A program made the translations under genes and the position numbers. Positions 1 to 12,148 of a stretch of 64,000 nucleotides of DNA are shown in pieces. Position 1 is the first letter of the stretch, and each line of letters starts with the position of its first letter. Source of the stretch: Lytechinus pictus (Eukaryota); contig NC_087245.1 of NCBI RefSeq assembly GCF_037042905.1, positions 13,268,001 through 13,332,000 on the forward strand, given 5' to 3'. The notes below the pieces were generated by a model that saw only the letters and a list, made by a program, of their open reading frames with translations, was not told the origin of the DNA and did no database searches.

Positions 1-257
1 ATTTATGTGAATATTAATAGCCTATGAAACCTGTGAATTTCAATTCCAAATGCATGATGCATAAAACAAATTGAACCCTTATTATAATATACTCCTTCAA
101 AGTTATGGCTTTTCAACACTTATACATTTCAGCCAATTTAATAAAGTACCGGTAGTGTGATTTGCATATATATAAAAAAAATAACTGATTTCCTCAATCC
201 ATATTTAACCCAAATAAAAACATAACCATATGAAACACATGTATATACATGAATATC

Positions 258-1193
258 CTACAAATGTAAAGATTTAGAAACCAATAGCCTATGCTCCATA
301 CTATCTTCAACATAGCCATCTTTGGCCTTTTCGCTTCTCCACCCTCCATGTCTCTTCCACATCCTATCTGGTACCGAAGCCCTGGCCGCTGCCGTAGCTC
401 CACCAGCTCTTAAAGAATGAAGACCTAAATTTGCAGTACCGCAAACTTCTCGTAACCGGGCCAAAACTGTTTCACGGGCCCTTGTATAACTAATGGGCTT
501 GTTTTTCTTTGTTAGCCCCTTTTTTTTTCCTTTGTTACAATACAATGGTCTAAAAACATACTCATCAGACCCTGAAGCTACATTTATGTTCCCCATTTCA
601 ACATAAGTTTTCAAGACGCTAACAGGACAAGCACTCGTCTGCCCCATACTAATTACGACAGAATTACCCTGACGATATTGATCCGTTTTGCTCTTACGGA
701 TATGAATTAACATAAAATCATCCTGAAATTCAATATCAGCTCCCTTTAAAGATAATACTTCATCAGATCTCAAAAAACCAGAATAACTAAGCACTATATA
801 AGCGAGATCTCTCCACACTACAATGGCTTTACTCCCTTTGTATTTTTCACATAATTCAATGATTTGCTCAGATGTCACTATGTCCTTCTTCACAATCGGT
901 TTCGATGATTGCCTTTTTGCGCTCTCCATCAAGTTTTTAACAAAATAATTTTCAGTAGGATCACTTGCTCCAATCATACTGTGTGCCCATTTAATTGAAT
1001 ATAAAGCGGATTGCACAACACTGACTAAAGACCCTTGATTCATTAAACTAGAAATGTATAAAGCGACATGAATCGGCTGTGCTGGTAAAAGATCACCTCC
1101 TTCCGCTAAAATAAATGTCTTCCATCTATCAAAACCCGAACAATACCTCTTTGTAGTGCTTTCACTCTTAGCGTCCAACATCTGCTGAGCCAT
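258..1193 (-). CDS. Tyrosine recombinase (phage-integrase-like) of the DIRS-like element; ORF intact
   Basis: 311-aa ORF with catalytic R (FLRSDE), K (KSKTDQ), HSLR, HGGW and Y (KDGY). The open frame extends upstream to about 1276. Confidence 0.93.
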   Translation of the reverse strand: MAQQMLDAKSESTTKRYCSGFDRWKTFILAEGGDLLPAQPIHVALYISSLMNQGSLVSVVQSALYSIKWAHSMIGASDPTENYFVKNLMESAKRQSSKPIVKKDIVTSEQIIELCEKYKGSKAIVVWRDLAYIVLSYSGFLRSDEVLSLKGADIEFQDDFMLIHIRKSKTDQYRQGNSVVISMGQTSACPVSVLKTYVEMGNINVASGSDEYVFRPLYCNKGKKKGLTKKNKPISYTRARETVLARLREVCGTANLGLHSLRAGGATAAARASVPDRMWKRHGGWRSEKAKDGYVEDSMEHRLLVSKSLHL

Positions 1194-1302
1194 AATCCTG
1201 GAAAGCTCAGAAAACTTGTCCGATTTAATCCCAGCTGCCTCGATCTCTCCCTGAATTCTCTCCTGGATACCTAGATCTGGAAAAAATAAATATGAAACAC
1301 AA

Positions 1303-2042
1303 CTAAAAACGTACTTTGAGCGCTATCATGGAAAATTTACTCTTCTTGCTGCCAAATATTCCATTATTCCCTTTTCCTTTCTTGACAACATCAGAATTCA
1401 AGATCTCATAATCTTTAATGAAATAATAGAATTCCGACCCATTCCATACCTTCGACCAATATGGCGCAGATCTCCAAAGTGGCAGAATTAAAGAGCCATT
1501 TGCTTTTTTCCGAAACAACTTATCCACAGTTTTAGCAATCAAACGAGGTGTTGGTACCCACCAATTTAGACCATCTGTCCAACTTTGGCAAAGAGTGTCA
1601 ATACCACTTGTCCCTCTACACCACCATTTTGAATTGAACCTTTCACATTTAGCATTATAGTTACAAGCAAACCTATCAACTACATGCGGACCCCATCTAG
1701 CATATAGTTGTAGAAATAAACTCCAGCTTATATGCCAATCATCACTATCAGCCGTCCTACTCAAATGATCGGCCCATTTTTTTTTCAGTCCTCGGTATCC
1801 AAACCGGGTCAAATCTTCATTCCTGTTTCTTCACGTATTCTGCGAATCTCCATTGCTTTACATTGCAGAACAGAATTTCTACTGCCTGCATTCACAATTT
1901 TTGCCACATTTTTATTATCAGTGTACAACCGTACACTATGCCCTTCCAGGCTACTTTTACAAGATAAAGCCATTCTCACAACAGCTTCCAGCTCCCTCCA
2001 GGTGGAGCTTTGAATCCTCTCAGATTCTGACCAAACTCCCAT
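1303..2042 (-). pseudogene. RNase H plus DNA N6-adenine methyltransferase-like domain of the DIRS element, frameshifted
   Basis: SSTWRELEAV...YTDNKNV...GS...LQ (RNaseH). After a frameshift near 1810: ADHLSR, VDRFA..N.KC.RFNS, W..GLNWWVP (MT-like). Confidence 0.85.
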
Positions 2043-2055
2043 GAGTTCTGAATTT

Positions 2056-2916
2056 TCACATTCTACAACATAACCTCCATAACCAAAACCAGTTATGCCC
2101 TTGCTCCCTCCAATGACCTACAACTGCCCTCATGACCTTCGTGAATACATATCCTGCCGTCGAAATACCAAATGGCAATACGTTAAAAACATAAAATTTC
2201 CTTACACTATTACTTTCCCATGCAAAACCCAAATACCGTCTATGTTCCTCATGAATTTCGACATGATGGTAAGCACTTTTAAGGTCAAATGTAAACACAA
2301 AATCACCTTTTCCAAAAATATCTGCCACAACAGTTGAATCTTCATACTTAAATTTATCCTTAAATAAATGAGGATTAATATGCCTACAGTCCAATACCAA
2401 ACGTAATTTACCCTTGTTATCAGATACGGTCAAAGGATTTATGATCAAGGGATTCTCATTAACCTGTGAAACACAACCTTTCTCTAACAATCTACTGATC
2501 TCTTCTTCAACAAAATTAGAATTATCTAATGCCGAACGATTATTTGTCAAATCCACTCTTTCTGGATCAGAATAAAATGGCAATTTATATCCATGCTCTA
2601 TCACATCCATTACCACCTCATTAGCATTTATATTTGCCCAAGACTCAAGGTTTTCACGTAATCTCCCTACAGGAGATGACACTTTATCCGCACATTTTGA
2701 AGTGCCAACAAACAAAGCTTTCTTTATGGCCTCTGAGGCACGATTTGTCAAATTTAATGTGAAATAATTTTCACTTAACTTTGCTTTCTGTGAGGCATCG
2801 CCGCCCATCTCTCTGCACTCAGCCCTCCAGTGCCCCGCCTTGCCACAGGCGAAACACGAGCCAGGCTTCCTGCCAGCGAACAAACGCGTAGCTCTCGGCG
2901 GCTCCTGTGACTGCAA
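2056..2916 (-). pseudogene. Gag zinc knuckle plus reverse transcriptase of the DIRS element, truncated before YxDD
   Basis: CFACGKAGHWRAEC (CCHC). RT motifs RLVLDCRHIN, FDLKSAYHHV and VLPFGISTA are present. Similarity breaks off after 'HWREQGH', where the YLDD motif is expected. Confidence 0.88.
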
Positions 2917-3288
2917 AGGTGGTCCAAAACTTGTGCTGGTGCTCGAATTGCGTCAGCCTCCTTGAGTTTCCTCGTAACCTTCACGTTAACTTTATACTGC
3001 TCTTCGTTGTCGTGTTTGCGAAATTTGTATTGATCCTTGCTCATATCTTCAATCTTTGCGATTTGAGCCTCACTCAAATCACGTTGAGTGTCACTGATGC
3101 GTTGCTGAAAAGCCCCGAGTTTCAATCTTTGCGATTTGAGCCTCACTCAAATCACGTTGAGTGTCACTGATGCGTTGCTAAAAAGCCCCGAGTTTATTAG
3201 TAATAAGAGTATCAAGCTGCGTAAGTAAGCCCGCCTGGCTTTCACGTATTTTCGAGTCCACAAAACTGGCTACTGCGGTCGGCTCCAT
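2900..3288 (-). pseudogene. Gag-like ORF1 5' part of the DIRS element
   Basis: ATG at 3288 (MEPTAVASFVDSKIRES...), an in-frame TAG, and a 73-bp tandem duplication (3055-3196). The frame then continues YKFRKHDNEEQYKVN. Confidence 0.7.
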
Positions 3289-4070
3289 GTTGTCTTGGTG
3301 CTGTCACAAGCTAGAATGATTTACACATACACTTTCCATTGCCACGCCCTATAGCGTGTTCATCTATGACACCTGTTATGCATACCATTGTGCCCATTCT
3401 TCCTTTCAATCAAGGCGCCGGACCACGGCGTAAGAATGAATACATTAAAACGATAAAACAACATTTGCCTGCTATACAAACGTACCGCAGGCAAATAATA
3501 TTAATTGGGGCTCTTTTTAATTTCTTTACCTTTGGGATGTTCCCACTTATTCTCAATGTATCTCCCATGCCATAAAAAATTGAATCAAATGCATGTTATT
3601 CTCATTCAAAGTATGATTTTCTTTTTATGAAGCACAAACAGCCTTTTGAATGATATATCATGATTCCAAAACAACCCATGAAGGTTAATTAAACTGGCAT
3701 AACAGTTAACACCTACATAAAATAACAAAAAAATGATCTGTTGAAGAAACACACATATAATTCATATTTCATTGTCCCAATTTCAACCACTGTTGACATA
3801 GATGTAGATAAAAGATGAAATTCAACACAAAAACAACAAACATAACACTATAAAACAAGGCAATAGCCAGATTGTGTCTCGCCCACCCATGACAACATTA
3901 CATGAAGGTTGGTGGGACCAGCAGTTGACAAATTATGCCTCATAAGACATTTTGTGACAGAAGGACGAAAGACAGACATCAATTGGATCCCTAACTTTCT
4001 CCTTCATCTCCAATGGGCGACAAATATGATAAATGTGATTGACTTTATAGGGAGAATATTAATACTTTAC

Positions 4071-7000
4071 CTTTGCTTGTACTAGATTTCCATAATTTTG
4101 GATTCTGTAGACTAATAGTTCATTTCCAATTGTTCCAGCTACATACAATAACCTGAATGAAAAAAAGCAAGGGGACAAGAAAAAAAAAAAGATACATCAA
4201 AATGCTGACATTGCGGAGTCATGCAAAGGGGCAAAACTCTAGAATATTATATGTAAACCTTTAATTTTTCTTCTCAGTGACAGAATATCAAGAAAAAAAC
4301 TAACAATTTCTGGGGCATAACTTCACAGATTAATGACTCAAATAGCTTCTGTTCACATCATCATAATTCAAGCATATGGTACATGTATGTACCGGTAAAC
4401 ACAGTTTGAAGTTAAAGTGTTAAACCATTCTTTATTAATCACGAGAACAAAGACGAATAAGAAAACAAGTGGAGCGCCTCTGGCAGTCTCGCCCGCATTA
4501 TGTGATTCAATATAGCAGCATGCATGCAGTGCTGGCTTTGAAAATGACTATAGAATAATCATTCACATAAAACACCATTCATATGATAACAAAATACTAT
4601 ATGTTCATTGACCCTATATGACATTTGACCTTGATCGTGTGACCTAAAACTCATGCAGGATATTCACCGATACTTACACTTATGTCCAAGTTTCATGGAC
4701 TATATCCATATACTTTAAAAGTTTGACATTTCAAAAAAATTAACTTGAGCAGTTAACATTTCATTTTGATTTCCCAAACATAATCTAAGTTCATTGACTC
4801 TAAATGACCTTTGGCCTTGGTCATGTGACCTAAAACACAGGTCGTCAGTGATATGATTACTCTTATGTTCAAGTTTCACGAACTAGATCCACAAACTTTC
4901 AAAGTTAGGATGGCAATTCAACAAATGCCCCCATCATGGCCAAAGTTTATTGACGCTAAATGACCTTTGACCTCAGTCATGTGACCTGAAACTCAGGCAG
5001 GATGTTCAGGATACTTGATTACCTTTAAGTCCTAGTTTCATCAACTGGTTGCCTATACCTTCTAAGTTATAATGACATTTCAAAAACTTAACCTTAGTTA
5101 AAGATTTTGATGTTGATTCCCCCAACATAGTAGTTCATTGAACCAAAATGAACTTTGACCTTAATCATGTGACCGAAAGGTCTGGCAAGATGTTCAGTAA
5201 TACTTGATTACCCAATTGTTGATTGTCCACACACTTTCGAAGTTATGATGACAATGCAATAAGTTGCCCCCGGACTTATCCTCAGGTTAAAATTTCAATG
5301 TTGACTCCACCGCCACCCTTGTAAAGCAGCGCCTATGGTCTCACTCACTCTGCTATGCAGGCGAGACAAAAATCAATACCTCCAGGTATCAAGGGTGGGC
5401 TGAGGCAAACGCAAATCTTTGTATACATTACTTTTTGTCAGGTGATATGTTCACACCGTTGGCAAGTTTCACTCCTTCAGCAACAATCCTAGCCTCCTCT
5501 CCATCATAGTAGACCACGCTCGCTAATCCAAGTCGAAAAAACACCTCAAGCATGTTGAAAGGTTCTGGGAGATACTTGTCATTCGATGCATAAAAATGAT
5601 TTTCATCCACCAGAACTAGATCATTGGGACTGTTTGAATGAATATATAACATACATCATTTGTCTTATGCAGTCAGTTAAGCTATTATGGCTCATTCTCA
5701 TTAATTGATTTGAATAAAAAAAAAGATAAATCCAACAAGCATAACACTGAAAATTTCATCAAAATCGGATGTAAAATAAGAAAGTTATGCCATTTTAAAG
5801 TTTTGCTTAATTTCACAAAACAGTTATATGCACATCCTGGTCAGTATGCAAATGAGGAGACTGATGACATCATCCACTCACTATTTCTTTTGTATTTTAT
5901 CATTTGAAATATTCTAATTTTCTCCTCATTGTCAAGTGAAACTACGATTAATTCCTTCGTGAACATGTGGAATTAGCATTGTTTTATACTTCATGGCTCA
6001 GTCAAGCTTGTCCTTATTGTCAAATCTGTAAAAAATGAAATATTGTATAATTCAAACAATAAAAAAACAAAAGAAAAAGTGAGTGAGGGACATCATCAGC
6101 TGTCTCATTTGCATGTCACTGAGTTGTGCATATCACCGTTTTTTGTGAAAAATAAGCGAAACTTTAAAATATCATAACTTTCTTATTTTACATCCGATTT
6201 TGATGAAATTTTCAGCGATATGCTAGTTTGATTTTTTAATTATTGATTAAAATCAACATTTTTCCGGGATGGACTTGGTTAATAATGTGAATTATAATCA
6301 AGTCTCATCTAATATTCCAATCTCAAAAACTTGTAATTGCTGTTTAATCTTTTTTTTAAACCACTGATTCTCTGTGAAAACTATCAAATCAAACATATCT
6401 AGCACCCTCTCTGGGTGATATTTTTATTTTTCTTCAAAAAGGCTCTAGATTCGAGTATATTAGATAATAATTAAGGGATAGGATATCATGATGCTACAGA
6501 CAAATATTAAGTCCTGTCCATGCTTTGGAATTGATTCTATATCATATTGAAAAACGACACATATATTTTTACATTGATCAGGCACCCAATTATAATACAT
6601 TTTAATGTAATGTCCAAATATTATCCTGTAAAACACATCCACAATCCACATCAAAAATGTTTTAGGGCATACACAAAACATTGTAATTCATTCATTTAAG
6701 TCAGTCAAATTAATAACATTGAATTGGCCTAGATCATAAGTTTTTCAATGTAATCAATCATTCTTAATTCTATCATTTGCTTAAAAAGACATGTTTTTGT
6801 AAATCAAACTAAGTCATATCTGTGTAAAATTTCCTCCAGTTTTTAGTTTTGTATCATTAAGATTGAAAGTCTTTACCTAATTATAAAATGTAAGACATTT
6901 GTATCATAATTTTTATGATTATACATAGCACAATGAGCATCTTGCCCGACAGATGTGTGCGCTTTAAAAGAATTCACTATTATTAATCAACTGGAATAGT

Positions 7001-9392
7001 GATAGCTAATGACAAGCTTTAACTTAGGTCTTTTTTGTGTAGTTTACTCTCTTCTTGGCATAATCAATATTGACTTCTACTATATTACATGAAACAATAC
7101 AAGTTGGCAGGTAACAATTGAATTAAAGAAATAGGGCTGTCATGAAAATGATGGCATTGGTCATGTAAATTTGCTGTACTTGAAAGTTAATGCAGCATGA
7201 ACTTTGTAATTGCATTTACAAGTTTATTTTAGATTTCTCTTTTGTTTTGATTAACTTTGACTTTATACATATTTACTTCAGGTTTTTTAGAAATATTTTC
7301 AAAATTGACATTAGAATTGCCTCTTTACTTCCCACAAGTTTTATAAATTAAAAAAGAAATTATGAACAATACCAACCTCCAAATATTCTTGTGGTGTATT
7401 CTTCTCTGATGTGTTAAGGTAGGTATCTTCTTCTGGTATGAAAAGTCAAACACCTCAATCCCTATTCTATCGGGGTGCCGATTGATAACATACAGGGTCA
7501 GTGTGGGATTATCTAAATGAGAGTAATATTGACAATAAGTATAAATTAATGACTTTGAAATCCTAAATAAGGTACCTTGTCCAAAATCTCTTCCAAGTGT
7601 TTCAGCAGGAATCCAGCTCTAAAAGGCACTATTTACCTTTTCATAGCAGCTTCCCTGCATTGTTTTGTCTAAGTTGAAGTGTTAAAGGGGGAGTGAACTG
7701 TGTGTGGTCTCTCATTGACTGTGTGTTATATATACATAGTCTTAGAATATACATTTTCAGATATAATAATACAGATAATAAATTGACCTATAATTGTATT
7801 TGTGTAGAGAAACTAAAATGTTTGAGAGGAAAAGTAATTGTTTTGCTGCTTGGTAAAATAATTATTGCGGTATAAATGTAACGATTAGTTAATGAGCATG
7901 TTATCATTCAAGTGGGTCTATATCAATAGACTACACTAGCATTATGGGTCAGGAAACTGGCCAGGTATGAGTAGTTGAGGACTCGAGATGGCGCTATTGG
8001 TTCGTATCTGCTTTAAAATCAGTAATGTGAAGCTGCTTGCGGGATTCCGTGCAAAAGACATGCCTCTGACTTTGGACAAAGTACCTAAACTTTTATGACA
8101 TTCCACAAATACAATAGCAATAGTGGCTCCAATAAAATGAGGGGAGGGGGAGGCTAGGCTAAAGCTTTAGAAATGGATCATGATTTCTAAATGTTCTAGA
8201 CTGAGCAGCACAGAAAAACAATCAAATAATTAGAAATAGGTTTGAAAGGTAATCTGAATTTAATTTGAAAAGGCAAAATAGAATGTCCAATACCGGCTGT
8301 CACTTCATAGATCTATTGAATTCCCTTTTTCATACCATCTCCCACCAATCTATACTAATTTTTTGGGGAAAAAAATTCAATGTGTGTCTACTTCAAGCTT
8401 GTATCAAATATCAGCCCTTTTTCACAAAGCTATTAGATTAAAGAAACAAGTCTACAAAGTAATAATTCTTAAAATACCTTTTGGCCCACTCTCCCAAATG
8501 TCCATTCCAAAGGGTATCCAGTCTGAGGGATCAAATCCAACAATCTGGATGTTTTTAGGATCATCATCAGGATAATTGAAGTCAAAGAGAAAGACTTTAC
8601 CCAATATATCTTGATCAGGTTCAAATGCTTTCAAGACACCCTATTGAATGAAAGAAAATAATAGGCGATAGAGCATAATATTGTACTCAGATTTATTCTT
8701 ACAATTAAAGAGAAAGTTTACTTTAGTGTCAAGTTGGAAATACAAGTATAAATAATCCATAACGGATTAGACCTACAGTTTGTTACCTCAGCAATAAAAG
8801 CAATTACACAATATTATTATGGTGATGATGACATAAATAACAAAAATAATAATTGTAGTGATGATGATGATAACAAAAATGATTTGTTATTCAATGTTAT
8901 TCTTAATATTGATCAGTGTTTTGTTAGTGATTATTGTCATCATCATCTATAGGGATAATGACGACAACAACAATAAAAAAAAATAGTATATTCAATTTTC
9001 TTGCCAATATAATATTCTTTATTGGCAATTACCATCATAATAATTATCATAAAAAGTAGCAGCAGCAGCAGTAGAAATAGAAGCAGCCAGTGGCGGACCG
9101 TGACCCAGAGGAGACAAAGCATTGGAGGGGCACAGCATTGTTCACAAACAATACAGTGCCCCTCCAATGCTTTGTCTCCTCCGGGTCACGGTCCGCCACT
9201 GGTAGCAGCAGNNNNNNNNNNNNNNNNNNNNNNNNNNNNNNNNNNNNNNNNNNNNNNNNNNNNNNNNNNNNNNNNNNNNNNNNNNNNNNNNNNNNNNNNN
9301 NNNNNNNNNNNNNNNNNNNNNNNNNNNNNNNNNNNNNNNNNNNNNGAAGCTGAATTAATAGAAGTAGTACTAGATGTATACTACTACTACTT

Positions 9393-9426
<34 letters not shown>

Positions 9427-11936
9427 TACTAATACTACTACTGCTACTCCTATATTACTTCAACAAATAGTACTGATGATGATGATGGTGGTGGTGATGA
9501 TGATATTAATAATAGTTCTACTAACAATAATAGTAATAATAATGATAATTATTGTGATTTTACAAACAATCGATAAATACTTGCTATTAACACAAGTCTT
9601 GTGCAAATTTTGATTGAATTCATAGTTTTATGTTGTATTAATACTCTCTACCCTTGAGTATGTAATTCATACCAATACTTTGTTTCATATTTAACAAATA
9701 CATAAATGTTTTACCCTGTAAAGCACATAAAAAGGTGTTAAATCTACTAATGCGCTAAATGAAATTATCTTTATTATTATTAAACTAAATATAATATCAA
9801 TTAAAAATATATAAAAATAATAATAAAATATCATGATGATTATTATTTTCATTATAAAAGCTTCACATTAACTTACAGCGGATATGAATGCAAGTCCATT
9901 TGACGAGGTCACTATATCCTCAGATCCATTTTCTTTATGGTATAGATATAACAAACAGAAGTGAAATTGAAAATACAACTTAAAAAGAAACAAATATAAT
10001 AAAATTAAAAAGAGTCAAAAACACTTTAAGGATTACATTCAAATTATAACAATATCGTATTCTCTCACAAGGGGGAAATTGTTTCAGTATTCAGGGGCCG
10101 CGGAAGCAGGGTGGGGGGGGGGCTTTTTCCCAAACCATGTACAAAAACGTAAAAATGACCATACGATTGTGATTTTTTGCATGGTCAGCCCCCCCCCCCC
10201 GACTTTGAAAACCGTTCCGCGGCCCCTGGTTGGGGATGATTTCTCTACTCGTGTTATCTCTAATTTCTTAATTTTGTATTGAAATAATTTCCCTTATAAA
10301 GGAATCACTCCAGCCCAAGGTCAAGTGAAAAGTTGATGAATACAAAAAATCTGAGAAGCAGGTATTATTATTATTTAAAAAAAAAATATTTGTAAAAAGC
10401 AACTCTTCCAAAAATACTTCAATACACAAAATAACCATTGTTATTTTCTTAAAGTTATATTAAGAATGTAATTTCTCTTAAATAAGGATATGTAACAATA
10501 TCCTTTATGTTGTAATCAATCTATTAATTATTATTACTCCCAAATTATTCATATCACTCCTAATTTATATACTTGGATCAACTTTGATGTTCATCTATTG
10601 AACAATTCTTTAGATATCATAAAAAACATTAACAAAATTGACCGATGACAATCAAAATACATTAAATTCCTATAGCAACCATGTAAGATGGGCAGAGGCA
10701 TAAAAAGGAAAGAAAGAAAATGAATTAGTCAATATTTACCAATTCCTGGTAGAGCTCTACACTTCCCAGGATAATGTGTGTATACAGTCTTGTGAAATCC
10801 CATCATATATCTGTTTCAAAATGTAAAAAAGAAAATAGCTCCTGAATAACACCAGAAACAGGCACTTATGAAAATTCAAGAGTGGTCCAAAGTGATTTAC
10901 TCACCTTTTTGGAGTTTCAAAAGATTGCCTTGTTATAATCAATGTAAAGAATACAATAAAAAAAAATGGTGAAAACTGAGAATAAGAAACAAAAGATTTC
11001 AAGAAATTCATGGAACTATGAAAATTTGAATTGAAAATATGAATTGTTGTAATGGCTAATTTTCTTGTCAGTCCTATGATATGTTTCCATAGAGCATTAA
11101 AAAAACTCTTTATTTCCATACTAAATATAGGCCTACAACTATTTAAATTATTAAAATCAGAAGTTTGTGCCTTCTCTATTGGAGACAAAATGTCCCATAT
11201 GTAACTCCCCCCCCCCAAAAAAAAGTAACATAACACGTCCTCTTCGACTTCACCCACGGCTTTATTACAAAAATATCAACTCTTTCTTGAGTCTTGTGAC
11301 ACAAAACAACAACAAAAGTAACAAAGTCAAAGGGGAAAGACAAAGTCATAATCCTCTTCGACTTCACCCACAGCTTTATTACAAAAATATCAACTCTTGT
11401 GAAACAAAACAAAACTTGATCTAAACCTAACCCTGATCTGAATAGTCAATTTTTTTTTTATTCTCCAAACTTTACTTCTTGGGAGCGTTTCATGAAAGGA
11501 CTTGTCGGACGTTTTATCCGACAAGATCCATTTTATCCGACAGTTACCATAGTAACAGTACCTCTCAGCCAATCAACATCAGAGAAAGATGTCAGATCTG
11601 ACAACTTGTCGGATGAAAATGTTGATGAAACACTCCCCTTATCTATTAAAGACAGATAATCTAGTATTATTTAGTCACTGTATAAAAGGGGCGTGTCTAC
11701 GGAAAAATTATCTACCAGCGGCTGTTGTCTTCCCCCTAACTGCGGGCGGAGGCAAGCATCGATTCGAAAGGTGAGCCGTCGCAGGCCCAAAAGGTTCATT
11801 TTTAAATTTTAGGAGAGCTTTCAAACTTTTTTTTGTAAATCGAATCGAAAAGTCAAACTCACGCGATCCGAGCAAGCTGGTCAATCACTACAGCAAAAAC
11901 GATGTAGGTGACTATACTACGGATTGATAACCACAT
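4071..11936 (-). CDS. Serum paraoxonase/arylesterase-family (PON-like) gene, exons 1-7; the 3' exons lie beyond the left edge of the window
   Basis: Exons 11936-11863, 10810-10740, 9932-9877, 8640-8478, 7512-7377, 5629-5432 and 4152-4071, all GT-AG with consistent phases. The protein MWLSIRSIVTYIVFAVVID...GSEDI..SNGLAFIS...SPNDL...FYASND...ANGVNISPDKKLLYVA matches PON beta-propeller motifs and has an N-terminal signal anchor. Confidence 0.92.
4462..5372 (-). mobile_element. Helentron-associated (HINE/pearl-like) non-autonomous element with internal tandem repeats
   Basis: Reverse-complement copy of the element at 14272-15226. It has subterminal GTCTCGCC/GGCGAGAC repeats, a 3' hairpin, T-rich ends and repeated TGACCTTTGACC units. 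Confidence 0.7.
5700..6277. mobile_element. Non-autonomous TIR element (Kolobok-like family, related to 29031-29534 and 36610-37200)
   Basis: Long inverted arms GAAAATTTCATCAAAATCGGATGTAAAATAAGAAAGTTATG and its complement. The same motif recurs at other copies in the window. Confidence 0.65.
7571..8085. mobile_element. PIF/Harbinger-type MITE
   Basis: TIR GGTAC(C/T)TTGTCCAAA at both ends, flanked by TAA on both sides (7568-70, 8086-88). Confidence 0.75.
9088..9201. mobile_element. Tiny hAT-like palindromic MITE
   Basis: Near-perfect 114-bp hairpin CAGTGGCGGACCGTGACCC...GGGTCACGGTCCGCCACTG with 8-bp flanks GAAGCAGC/GTAGCAGC. Confidence 0.7.
9212..9560. repeat. Assembly gap (9212-9345) and adjacent (ACT)n/(GAT)n/(AAT)n microsatellites
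   Basis: N run and trinucleotide repeats seen directly. Confidence 0.95.
10092..10208. mobile_element. Short MITE remnant (CAGGGGCCGCGGAA termini)
   Basis: 14-bp TIR CAGGGGCCGCGGAA / TTCCGCGGCCCCTG with internal G and C runs. No clear TSD. Confidence 0.55.
11238..11410. repeat. Short direct duplication (~114-bp period)
   Basis: TCCTCTTCGACTTCACCCAC(G/A)GCTTTATTACAAAAATATCAACTCTT occurs twice. Confidence 0.85.
11481..11637. mobile_element. Harbinger-like MITE (paralogue at 60412-60560)
   Basis: GGGAGCGTTTCAT...ATGAAACACTCCC termini. The internal sequence is shared with 60412-60560. Confidence 0.6.
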
Positions 11937-12148
11937 TTTAATCAGAATTTGACGGAGAACTGCAACTGGGAGAATGGAGAGAAAATTGCAAAGACTCGAC
12001 TGTAAAGTTAGCATGAATGAAGGCGTGGCATGGCCAATAAAGTTGCGTGCGCATCAGATGTAAACGCAACAGCGAATGAAAAACGACTTCGTGGAAATTC
12101 TGAAAGGAGTGTTGAGCCGAAAGACCGGCGTTTTCACATGGCAAAAAC
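11937..12148. promoter_or_regulatory. Putative bidirectional promoter between the PON-like gene and DNAJB11
   Basis: 212 bp separate the divergent ATGs. The region is locally CpG-rich, with a CCAAT at ~12034 next to a CGTGG/CCACG half-site. Confidence 0.7.

Larger units (their letters stand above)
258..3500 (-). mobile_element. DIRS/PAT-like tyrosine-recombinase retrotransposon, decayed, in intron 7 of the paraoxonase gene
   Basis: ORF order on the minus strand is gag (CCHC), RT, RNaseH, methyltransferase-like, YR, which is typical of DIRS-order elements. Frameshifts and an internal deletion are present. Ends are approximate because the terminal repeats were not resolved. Confidence 0.9.

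Noticed and set aside
258-1193. Prophage integrase or bacterial contamination
   Set aside because: The YR is collinear with gag, RT, RNaseH and MT in a DIRS arrangement inside a spliceosomal intron.
8943-9613. ORFs spanning microsatellites and the N gap (also 32005-32430)
   Set aside because: Low-complexity or gap-derived; not credible coding sequence.
12020-12050. Canonical ERSE or UPRE element
   Set aside because: The spacing matches neither CCAAT-N9-CCACG nor ATTGG-N-CCACG, and there is no TGACGTGG; reported only as a resemblance.
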